The notes under the pieces are model-generated. The model had not been told where the DNA came from, made no database searches, and saw nothing but the letters and a program-made list of their open reading frames with translations. Source: Dimorphilus gyrociliatus (Eukaryota > Animalia > Annelida). Taken from it: a stretch of 64,000 nucleotides of DNA. This document shows positions 40,801 through 52,342 of the stretch, piece by piece (the stretch's first letter is position 1; each line of letters starts with the position of its first letter). The stretch is taken from the NCBI GenBank assembly GCA_904063045.1, contig CAJFCJ010000003.1, forward strand, positions 3,148,504 to 3,212,503. The letters run 5' to 3'. The position numbers were made by a program, and so were the translations under genes.

Positions 40801-43416
40801 ATAATCCTGCTCTAGTATAGCAAAATCCGTTGGAGCCTCCCAAAGCTCTCTTTTCGACCATACCCTTAACAAAGTACTAAACAACGTAAGCTTTCTTTTA
40901 AGGCAATATACAATCGAATTTTCGCCTAAACAACGCTCATGTTTTCGTTATAGCCGTATTATTAGATAACACATATATGGCCCCGGAAGAGTCTCTTGAT
41001 CCAATCCAGTCACAGTCAACAGGGGTTGATTATTGATAGAGACTTTAAGTCTGGTCGAGCTCCAATCAACAAAACATATTTGCCGATTTTTTTTTCTTAA
41101 GAAACTCTCTTGTCGAAAATCTGTGGAGGCAAATCCCCATTGCAGAGTATGCAACAAGCCATGAAGTAATGTTTCAACGGTTCACACTTAACCATCTGAC
41201 TACGAGTTTAAAAGACTTCGGTCGTCATTTGTATAGCGTTAAATCGTTCGTGTCAGAAATATTGCATGGAGCGAAAGAGGGAGAAATATATTTATATATT
41301 CAGTAGATTATACTATATTTCGAGGTATCTGTGAAAAAAGGGGGACTTTACAGCTATTTATAGCCCAATTACCTTTTAATAATTATTTTTAATATTTTTA
41401 GCAAAAATTAAATATTACGTAATAATAATTGAAAATCACAAAGAGAAATCATTATTTCAATCCAAAAGGTTTGAGTGGAATCGAAAAAACATAGATTGGT
41501 CTCTTTACCTTATTTTAAAAAATTTGAATTTCTATGTTCATTTGTACGATGATATTAGCATTATATTTGAAACCTTCAAGCCTTGAATAGAGAGAAGTTT
41601 ATAGTCTTTCTATCAATTTAGTAAAAAATAGGCTTGACCCTTAATTGAGCATGAAACGGAGAAAGCTTAAAAGTTCTCACAGTTTTCAATCGTTTTCCTT
41701 ATCTCATCTGTTAATTGCTCTTTTTACTTTAGAGTTTCATTTAAAGTAGCCTCTCGCGAAATTCGATGCAGATTCCACTCCTCCACTTATAAATAGTGGA
41801 CAGATTAAAAAGACCTTTTGCCGACCGCTTCTAATTCTGTCAACAACTGTTGCTAGCTGTCGGTAAATATTGCTTTGGGAGCATACCTTTCTCTTTTCTA
41901 TCTCATTGAAAAAACATTGGCTGACCTCGTTTCCGTTTACGTCTTTTTTTAAACATTCGTTCCTCGTTTGAGTGCTGTGCTCTGACTACTTACAATTCCC
42001 ATACAGTAGTACCAAATTCACAGCCTGCCTGTTAGACTTTGATGTTAAAAATCTCACTCTTTCGCTTTAGTTTTATTTTTATTTTATAGGTCTAGTGATA
42101 ATTAGATATATTTTCTCTTTCTTTTTAAAACATATAAATATATTGTAAACATTAATTAAGTCCATAGCTAATTTTAATAGCCTTGAAAAATTGATTGGTA
42201 AAAGATTGAAAAGCAGTTTATAGGCCAAATACATCACACCCTAACAGGTGTTAGGCAACTCAACAAAAAGCTTATCATGAAATATAAATTACTAAAAAAT
42301 TTATTTTATTGGCTGAAAACGTTTGCTCCTAACGTCACAATTATTGATTGCTTTTCCAATAATTTCTTTTTTCTCGTTTAAATAGAGAAAGTATGGAATC
42401 AGCTCTACACCACGCATATCGAGCCGAAGAACCGAAAGGTAAGATAAAAAAATTTTCTCCTCTCTAACCGCCTAATACTAGTCCGCGCAACGAGCGTAAG
42501 TTAGTTTGTCTTTGTAGATAAAATAGAAGCGTTGAAACCAGTAAGAGTTAGTTAAAGAATGCACGAGAAGCAGACGTGAGATTTTATGCTTAGTTTATGT
42601 ATACAAGCGCATTCTTGAAACGACGATTTTATGGTGCAGACTTTTTGTAGGTAACGTAATTTGAAATTGACGATCTTGGCTCTGTAGGCTGTCCGTTAAA
42701 ATATGTAGTTTAAGTTTACTCTATATATACAAAAACAGTTATGTCTTTTTTCTTCTCTTTCCACTACCCTTTTCTCCCCCGCCCCCTACCTCTCTCCCCT
42801 CCCTTCTAAACAAACCCATTTACTATCGCTGACGAGTGAAAATCAGAAAGGATTTTCGTGTATTCAGTAATAGAGAGAATTATTATAACAGTATCCAAAC
42901 AATGACTGCTCTGATCCGCTTCACAAAAAGAAACTGTTTGGAAAAAGTTAAGATAAATAAGATTAAATAAATCAAGGATTTAAGCACAGATAAACATGTT
43001 GCACCTTGTAATTTTGCACATAAATTTTCTGTAAATCAACTCAAATAATAGATGGAGTAACATTAGTTCGATGAATGGTAAGAGGTTAACATTAATTCTC
43101 CAGTTGCACTTTAAGCTTGAAAAAGATCTCTGACGTAGATTTATTGTACTTTATAATACTATTTCATTTACTATTCTTTTCTAATAATTTTTAATGTTAA
43201 CTTTTTTCTCCAGTTGAAGAGAGAGCTTTTGCAACTCTATTATATAGGCCACCACGACTCCCGTTAATCGCCTCACTTCCGTTCTACAATAACCTCCTCT
43301 CCCTGCACGCATTTCCTTCCTCTATTTATCAGTCTCCTTACTCCAGGTTTCATCCATATTTAACCGGTCAAGTGAAGAGAAATTCGGGAGAAAATTCAAC
43401 TCAAGCAACGCAATAA
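37828..43416 (+). CDS. tbx20: T-box transcription factor Tbx20/H15-like, paralog A, 7 exons, 361 aa
   Basis: Exons 37828-37966, 39468-39639, 39723-40002, 40142-40303, 40403-40479, 42386-42438 and 43214-43416 total 1086 nt with a continuous frame. The protein has an eh1-like [14 protein letters not shown], a T-box with the Tbx20-diagnostic [17 protein letters not shown] and FRDSSRLT, then RESMES and a C-terminal RFHPY. Exons 1, 5, 6 and 7 are not resolved by the ORF track. Confidence 0.93.
42234..42255. promoter_or_regulatory. Inverted pair of T-box half-site-like motifs in tbx20-A intron 5
   Basis: TCACACCC-taac-AGGTGTTA, with an overlapping palindrome CCTAACA-gg-TGTTAGG (42240-42255). Confidence 0.4.
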
Positions 43417-43570
43417 CATTTTAAAATTGTTAATGTTTTTTTCAATATTTTTAATCAACTAGTTTCTATTTGTCTAATTTTTTCATTGCATAGAAACAAT
43501 TAATTATAAATATTATATGCATAACATGTATAAAAAAAATTAAGATTAAATGTATATGCAGTAAACAAGC

Positions 43571-43601
<31 letters not shown>

Positions 43602-44782
43602 TATGTAAATTTCTCTTCTCTTGGATATCTAGATTTCTCTATATCTCTTTTTATGATCTAAAACATGTATATTCTATATGTATATATCTAAATTTGCATA
43701 TATTGTATATTAATGTTAATATTAAAAAAAAACTTGCTTTATTAAACGAATACATAAAAGGTACGCGAAAAGGAAAAATAATTATTTTACTCTCGTTGCC
43801 AATTCTATTGATTTGTATGTAGATAGAGTAGCCTATGCATAAAGTTGATAAGGAAGGTTCACTTTATTCATAGTGAAACCGTAGCTGATTGAATAGCGAA
43901 TTTTATTCCAATAAAATGTAGAGGTCATTGATAAAGGTTGAAAATGTATTTCTTTAAAGTAATTAAGGGAAAAATCTCTTGCCAACAGAAAGTGTTTATG
44001 TGTACAAGGCGCTTCGATTTTTCGCCCAACGTCAGTTACGCGTCGGATTTTCTCTAGCAAATTACGAATCCGGTCAGCGGACCGTCACGCGAAACGTCGC
44101 CTTTATCTGTTCATCTCGCGCCGCTGGCCAGTGTCGGCGCAGTCAACTAGCTCTTTCCATTTTTCTTGTTACTATATTTGGACTGAGTTAATTAATCAAA
44201 AGAATAGATAAAAATTCTTTGCTTATTTTAAATAGATAGGAAGGAAGAATTAGAGGACTTGCTTATAAAACATTTCCCTTACCATATTATTCTAATTCGA
44301 TTCTAAGCTCGTTAGAAGAGCAAAAACAAAATCAACTCTCGTTTCGATTTGATTAATTGAACGGGCGACAAAATGGAGAACAAGGCGGCGATTGTGCACC
44401 AATTTAGCGACAGAACGCCGAATTAGTAACGCTTAACGCGCCGCCGGAATATAAACTGCAACGAACTGCAAACGCGTCAGAACGCCGCTTCGCAGATGCA
44501 GTTTAGATAAGATGAAATATATTCGAAACGCTGCCCAATGGTCATCGTAACGCCGATAAGGGCACGACGAGCTTTGCATACTTAAGCGTCGGTTTGTTTG
44601 CACGCTTTATTTACTCGGTGACGTCTTCTCTCAAAATAAATATATAGTCCTGCTCCATTTAAAGTTAATCTTAAAAATTTATTCCTAATTTATCTAATTA
44701 TTTATTTGTTTATAAAGTGTCGCAATACGGTTAGTTAAGCGTATCAGAGTGATTTTTCTTCCCCTAACAAATTACAAGAGAC

Positions 44783-44858
44783 TAGGAGAGTGAAAGAGAC
44801 ATAGAGAAGAGAGAAAGAGAGAGGGAGAAAGAGGGAGAGGGAGAGGGAGAGAAAGAAA
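44783..44858. repeat. GA-rich polypurine tract between the tbx20 paralogs
   Basis: Directly visible; a second similar tract lies at about 46064-46176. Confidence 0.85.
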
Positions 44859-46612
44859 AACTAGAATAACAGATGGCTGTTTTTATGGAAAAATGAGTTT
44901 CTTTTATTATTTTTTGTATCAACAACTAAGAGATTTTTCTTAAGATATCAACGTTATGAATATATAATTAATGAATTTTATATTAACTATTCAGAGTAGA
45001 TAAATAGAAGAAATTATTAAGGCTATGTAGAGAAATCAAAATTTTATAAAACTTGTACAAAAGACAAAAAAAGAGAGATCAAAGTTTGTAAAGCTTGTTT
45101 TCTAACCGATAAATCTCAGTCAATCAAACTTTTTTGATATAATTGAGAGTAGTTTTGCTTCGGTTGGGATTATTAACTACTTTTGAACTTTGATATGATT
45201 CGGCAATAATTTACAAAATTCGATTAGGAATATAGAAAAGAAGGTAAAAAAAAAAGTTAAAAGCTTTTTTTCAAAACATGCTTCGCCGATGCATTCAATG
45301 TCGACTTTTTACACCTTTGGGGCCGTTGAAAAGTCATAAACGCTAATGAATATTCATTAAACTGATGACTGATAACTTTGAGAAATAAACTGTATAGATA
45401 TACATGTAAATAGCGTGTATATTTACAAACGTCGTTACTCCGTCGTTTTTCGCCTGTCTGAGCAGGCAATTTCACGCCAGCCGCTGGACAAATGTAGGCC
45501 TATTATCCTCTTATTTTAATACTTAACATTTGTCCTGTACATTTTATTTATACAATGTAAATTTTCTCATTGCTCTATAATCGGCGAGAAATTGCGGTCG
45601 AAAGCGGCAATTTGAGAGGTGGAATATTCACTCGATCGGCACTCATGATAAGGGCGATTTTGCGGCAGTCTGCTCTTCTGTTTGTTTTATATTCTTTTTT
45701 TTTCTTTAAACAAACACGTAAGGTGGCGTTTCGATAGTTCAAAATGGATTAAAGTTAAAATATAATAGTATATAAAGAATATATAATGTATAATAAATAT
45801 AAAGAATAAAAAACAATTGAATAAACTCGATCAATTTTTTATTATTATATAATTTTCGTTTTTAACAGAAAACAAAAGTCTTTATAAGTTGCATAAAAAA
45901 TAATAAATTATTTACTTTTCATTCAATTTTTGCAACAAATGTTTAGTAATAAATTAATTTAATTTGAATATACACTACTGAATAATGATGAAATAAATTT
46001 TTTTATATTGTACTTAAGACTTATCACAGCCCTCTTAGTTTTTTTTAAGGGAGAGACAGGGAGAGAAAGAGAAAAGAGCTGAAAGAAAGGAAGGAAGGAA
46101 GAGAGTAAAGATTTGAGTAAGTTAAATAGGAAGAGTGAGAGAGAAAGAGAGAGAATGCAGGGAAAGAGAGATAGAAAAGTAAGTAAGAATAAGTTTTTCT
46201 CATAACAGAAACATCTTACAGTAATAAATTAGTCAGAAATAAGATAAAAAACAAATAGCCAATAACTTTAAATTAAAGTAATTTCTCTTTTTATCCATTG
46301 TTTTTAAATGATAAAACTTTAAAAGAGCCATGCTGAAAGCCATAAAAGAAAAAACGAAATATATAACAGACCAGTTTTCTACCACCTTGCCCAAAAATTT
46401 TTATAGTTTAAGTATAGGAAAGCTGCGCCTTTTGTAAATACATTTTTACGCTTCCTAAGGGGAAGAAATTGCGGCGTAAACAACCGCCGGCGACGTGAAT
46501 TTCACGCTGAGCGACTTGAATGGTGAATCGGTTTTAAATCGACTGTGTAGTTTTTTTTTGTAAAAGAGTTCTTTTTTATTTACTTTAAAGTTTTTGTTTA
46601 ATTCTTTCATGG

Positions 46613-47707
46613 TCATTTGAATAAATAGGGATGGTAACGATGAGATGAAGATGAGTTATTTTCCTCCTGATCAGTAGGATGAGGCCAAAAGAAGGGGTGG
46701 TAAAGAGCTGCCAGGGACCTTGACCTTTCTGCCAGTGTTGCACCGTAGGGCCATGGTAGATAATTAAAATTGCTGAGTTGCCTCCAATTAGCATAGGCTT
46801 CTGCATCTAGAAATATATAAGAAAAGAAAAGCTGCTTAGTTGCGTGATGAGACTTTAAATACAATGGACAAGGGATCGTCTCGGTGGGTATATAGACTAG
46901 ATATATTAATGCTTATTTAACATTATTGATGAAAAAGTGTCACTCTACTGTTTAGACGAATATTAAAAATATGGAAATACGAGAGTGCATTTTGTCTTAA
47001 TTGATAGTAACAGTAAGATAAACCAGACGCCCCTTATAGAGATTTATAAGTACAAACTGCACCGTATAGTTTACTGATAAGACAATATAGCTAGATGTGC
47101 ATATCTTTATCTAACATTAGAAAAACAAGGCCATGCTTTTGTCTGATAAACTATAAGCATGCATATACTTCAGAGAATAGTATACTACTTTGTAAAAAAT
47201 GTAGTTTGCAAGGATAGCTCTAAAGTTAATTTGTAACTATTAAACCTAATTAAATAAAAAAAGTAAAGAAATTAACAATAACAACTTAACAAGGTTCTTA
47301 CAAAGAGCATACACAGTGCCATATTGTTAGTAATAGGATGTATACATCTTTAGCATATAGATAATGATTGATGGTTGTCAGAAAGAAGAGCGTGACAAAA
47401 TCTTACCAGTTTCTGCGAAGGAAGGAGTCTGCAAAAGATTCGTTGAGGCTAAAGATATTTTCGCTCCATCAGCGTCATGATTGTCGCTCAACCGAGTCGA
47501 ATCACGGAACCCTTTGGCAAAAGGGTTACTATCGATTTTTAGTTTTGTTATCTAAAAATAGAAAAAGCGGTTAAAAGTCGATCGATGACTGTATATTTAA
47601 TAGAATAGTCTTATAGTTTTTATATAGTATTCAAATACATTTGTATATAATCTGTTTTCTTTCACTTTTTTTCTTTCTAAGTATTTGTTTTAATCTATGC
47701 TGTTTTG

Positions 47708-47749
<42 letters not shown>

Positions 47750-50700
47750 CACAAGTATTCTATTTAATTTGTTAAAGCGAAAGTCAAGTGTATGAAAGAG
47801 AAGAATGGAGTGAAAAAACAGGCTATAGAGATTCTTACCAATTGATTCTGATAAGCTGTCACTGCAATAAATTCTGTCTCTTGAAAAATAAATGTCCTGT
47901 ACTCTTCGCCCTCGAGGTTCTTTATCGCCTTCGTTTCTCCCTCTTTCCGCCTCACTAGATGGATTCTTGGCTGATATTTATGCATAGAATTCAGCATAAT
48001 CTGTTTTAAAAAGAAATACAAGATATGTAAACAACCAATTCAGATAAAATTACTTGATTGCTTAAAGTGATTAACACTTACATGTCCATTTCTGTCCAAC
48101 ATGTTGTTGGTTAATTTAACTTTTTCAAATGAAATTGATTGTTTTGATAGCTGCTCTCCAGTCATAATATTGCAGTCTGGATGAGGATAAAACCGATTGG
48201 GTAAGGCGGGATCCGCTTTTCCGGCAACTAGCCAGCACGATCTATGATAAGCGTATCTGTAACGCTTTGCGTCCACTGCGACGATATCGAGGAGGACGGA
48301 ATACTTTTCGTTATTTAATAATCCCTTCCCTCCAAAGGAAACGCGTAACGTTGGAAACATCCGCCTGTTGAGGAAGAATGCGTATAGAGAATTATCTTTG
48401 TCAATGTATGACGAAAACTGCGTTGTACAGTTGTTGAACTTTGACACATGATGAATATGTAATGTAGCTTGTTTATCCTATCTTGAGTGCGTATCACTAA
48501 CGAGCTGATAGCAATTGTCCCCTCTACCCATTTCTTATCTCTTTTTCTACCTCCTTCACTCTACTCTTCGCCACACCCGATTCCGCGCTCTTTTACCCTC
48601 ATATAATAGTTACGCTATAACACCATAAAAGATTTGCGTAAGAAATTGACGTCACGCGGCGTCGATCGTCGGATTGCGCATCATTAAATAAATCACAAAG
48701 AGCACTTAACTTAAAAACAACAATTGACTTTTTCTTTTTTTTTCTCTCGTTTTTTTTCTTCCAAAGAAAAATCGAACACGCCTACCGCCTACTGCCTAGT
48801 TTACTCGACAAATTTCTTTGCTATATCAACCTAATCAAGACCCAATTTTTGGATAAATCGACTTCTAAAACGGATCAAAACCTTAGCACATTGACGCTGC
48901 TGACAATTATATCTAAGACTCTATTGTTAAGCAGGTGAAAAATGTCCCGACTTTATAGCGCGATTCAACTCTATATTGACTTCTAATGTGTAAATACAAG
49001 TTCACAAATCTATTGTGGAACAGACGTTGTTGACATGTTTTGTTGACGTGTATTTTATACCAATACACCTCAGGTTTAAATAGATCTCCAGCTTTTTTTT
49101 AAATTTATACAATACGCTTTGTAGTAGTTAAAGATATGAATTTCTACACATTTTTTTAATTAACTATTAAGTAAGTTTCTATTTCAATTTTAAACATTCA
49201 AGGTATAAAAAAAACCATTTTTATATATCAGAAAACCACTAAATTTTATCTAAAGAATCTATTGTAAGATGCTAATTCGATAACATTCAAGCGGTTTTCT
49301 CTTTTCTCTCTTTTTCCCCCTCCCTCCTCTCTCAAACTTCTTTATTCTTTTACTATCTCTTGTCGTTATTTCTCTTTTTATTTGATAAAACTGATGAATA
49401 CTTTTCATGTTTAAATCAATTAACATTTTGTTCGAACGGAAAAGAGGTAAAAAAAGGGAGGCCGAATGAGTGAAAGGAGAAAGATTTTATGAAAAAAAAA
49501 TCTTAATCTATTCAGTGAAAATTTATTGAAAAGTGTTTTTATTGATATTTTTTACTTCATCTCTCATTAAATTGCACTATAAAAAATATACCATGAATTA
49601 TTCTCGAATAAATTCTTCAACATTTATTTTACCTATAAAACAAGCTGCTACCCTTTCTCTATTTAACTCCCGCTAACAGCCGTCGTGCAACATGTGACCT
49701 CATACTATAATATAGGTAGGAAAAATTGTTTACCTTCCCGACTTTGTTATAATCATTTCCGTTCCGAGTTCATGGAATTTTTCCCATAATTCTATTGTCT
49801 CCAATTTGCATTTGATTCCAACCATCTTTTCGCTACCAGAACTAATACAAGAGTTTTTCTCGGTTTCATCATTTTCACCTGTATTTTCGACTAGTTTTTC
49901 TGAAAAAATATTATTATATAAGAGAAAAGAAAGGCAAACTGATTAATCAATAATACTTTATATAATTTCAAGATCAAAACTAAAACTTAACAGTAATCGG
50001 TGATATAATCTTCTACAAATAATTAATCTAGCCGATATTTTTAATCCTTGTACAAATTCTATTACACTAATAGACAGGTAAGATATCGCTTTTAAATTCT
50101 TTTTTCTTCTTAAACAATTTAATTGAATAGTAAAGGGAATAGAAGCCCAAAATAAAAAAAAGGCGAGGAAAGGCGGGGAAAGAAGGAAGTTAGACGGGGG
50201 GTGAGATTGAATGTAGAAATAAATGTTTCTACACACTTCTGTCTGATATTTTTATAATTATTCTTTGCTTGGTGAGAAAGGAAATTCTTAATTCAAGAAG
50301 GTTAAAAACGATCATTTATCAGCGCCGCGTTCAATTCACGCTCACGGCTCTCGACAGATTCAGATGTTTATCAGTATCGAACAAATGGAGTTAGTTTTCT
50401 CGACAATAACAGCCGTGCCACTTTCGCAACTGATCCTATATAGTTTAGCCTTTTGACACATCAGACCTGGAGGCATTTTAGGTTTTTCCTATTCAAAAAA
50501 GGCGTTCAATCAACGGCTATACTCGACGCTTTTTAACTCGATTAAAGCTATAGCACCACATGTTCCGTCAATTTTCTTGAGGGCTAATATGCCCAATACA
50601 AATAATGCGTGCAATACATACAATAAAACAAATAAACAGTATTTTTAAATACTTAAAAGCTGTTGTTATAATTATTATTGGCGCAAAATTTTTTTGAATA

Positions 50701-52008
50701 ATACCTAAGGACTAAAGTAGTTTCTAAATGAGTATTATAAGAAAAAGCTATATACAAGTCTTTTATAAAATATTGGCTCTAATAGATATTTCTTTGACAG
50801 CTTGATTTTTCAGCTACCTTTTATTCTCTCTAAATTGTGAACACTTATTAACGGTATCCCTTTAACAATATTTCTTTACTAATCCTAAATGATTTAGTGA
50901 CTTATCTACCTTGTCTTTTCTGATCTTAAAAAGATTTAACTATATATATATATATATATATAAATGCCGTATCTATATCCTTAAATTAAACCAACTTAGT
51001 TGCTGATAAATCGGAAAAAGTTGTTTAATATAGTATATTTATCAACTTGAATTGCTTTCTAGGCTTTAGAAAATGTAAACAAGTTTCCATTTTCAAAATA
51101 GATATTTTTATATATTATATATACAAGATATACAGTGTATTATCAGTTGTAAACTAAATTTTTATTTTGTTTTAATACTATGTTTGTTTGTTTTTTTAAA
51201 CAAAAAAAATAATTGATAAAGAAAGAATAACAATGACTTTTTATGTTTATACGAGATTCAGATATTTAAAGTAGCTTGGACTATAATTAAGAATGTTAAA
51301 GGAACCCTTTAACTAACAATTAACTCATCTATAAGATTTTGGGCCTTTAATTAGTGCTTGTTATCAAACCAATGCAATATACCCATTACACGTTGATGTT
51401 TTCGAGTAAATAGTTTACGAAAGGTTTCCTCTTAGTAAAGGATATTTATATAAATAGAAGTCATGTAACATGCACTCTTTTTTGTCTTTATTCCTCGAAA
51501 CAGTAATAGTATTATATTTATGTAACTTGTCCTGTTAAAAATATTTACCAAGTAGCAAATTTCTTTTTAACAAACCAACCGAATTCTACGTAGTCTTTAA
51601 CGACCCGATAATGTCGCAAGCTCTTCTAAGCTCCTATTGTTATCACGTTCTACTGCGGCTCTATTTATCTACACATATATATTAAATATCCAATTTAAAA
51701 AGCCTATATTAGTAAATTTATACGCACATATCTACAAAATTCTTATAATATATATACTAATATATATATATATATGTTCATTTTTAGATTTACCCACACT
51801 TTTTTTATAGGATGAATAAAGCGAAAAAGTTTATCGCCATACAAACAATCGTTAATATAGAAAAAACTCCACAGCAAAAGTCATCTTGTCAAAACAACTC
51901 ACTTAACGGTTCGATATTGTCAGAAAATTCGTCAGCACATCGTTTTTCCCCAATCAAAGCGGCTATCGTAAAATTATTTGATTTCTTCCCCTCAACTTCC
52001 GTCTCCAT
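46613..52008 (-). CDS. tbx20: T-box transcription factor Tbx20/H15-like, paralog B, 6 exons, 351 aa
   Basis: Minus-strand exons 52008-51903, 49899-49734, 48364-48082, 48000-47839, 47551-47407 and 46806-46613 total 1056 nt with a continuous frame. The protein has an eh1-like [28 protein letters not shown], a Tbx20-type T-box, [11 protein letters not shown] and a C-terminal RYHPY. Exons 1, 2 and 5 are not in the ORF track. Confidence 0.93.
47711..47742. repeat. (TC)16 microsatellite in tbx20-B intron 4
   Basis: Directly visible. Confidence 0.95.
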
Positions 52009-52097
52009 AACGACCCGAAGAGCGTATAAAATTAAACACAAAACAAAAGTGTCAAGTTGCGTGTGTCGACAGGATGAACCAGCAGCGCTTAGAGTTT

Positions 52098-52342
52098 ATT
52101 GGTTATGACGCAATCGCGATAGCCAATAGGAGTGCTAGTGGGCGGAGACTATTTTGGGGGAAGAATAATATCGTATTTGTTTTGCTCGAGAGGCGATAGC
52201 GTATCGAATTGATAATGCATCCACGAAATTTTTCCGGACGAGATAATTCTAAAAGCATCATTTATTACGGAGAAAGAAGGCAGGAATCGCTAAACTAGAT
52301 TAGCGACCGCCCCTGCGTTGCTTTTATTTTCGTGTGACGTCA
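52098..52342 (-). promoter_or_regulatory. Putative tbx20-B proximal promoter: CGTCA-TAACCAAT plus CRE palindrome
   Basis: The minus strand reads GCGTCATAACCAAT, with CCAAT at 52102-52098, 90 bp upstream of the ATG at 52008. TGACGTCA is at 52335-52342. The region is locally CpG-rich. Confidence 0.5.

Noticed and set aside
40948-41157. 69-aa minus-strand ORF in tbx20-A intron 5
   Set aside because: No recognisable domain or splice context.
21332-43416. Possible parallel with the human neighbourhood of a neuropeptide receptor (NPSR1) near TBX20
   Set aside because: This GPCR has FMRFamide-receptor-type motifs, not vasopressin/NPS-family ones; no orthology is supported.
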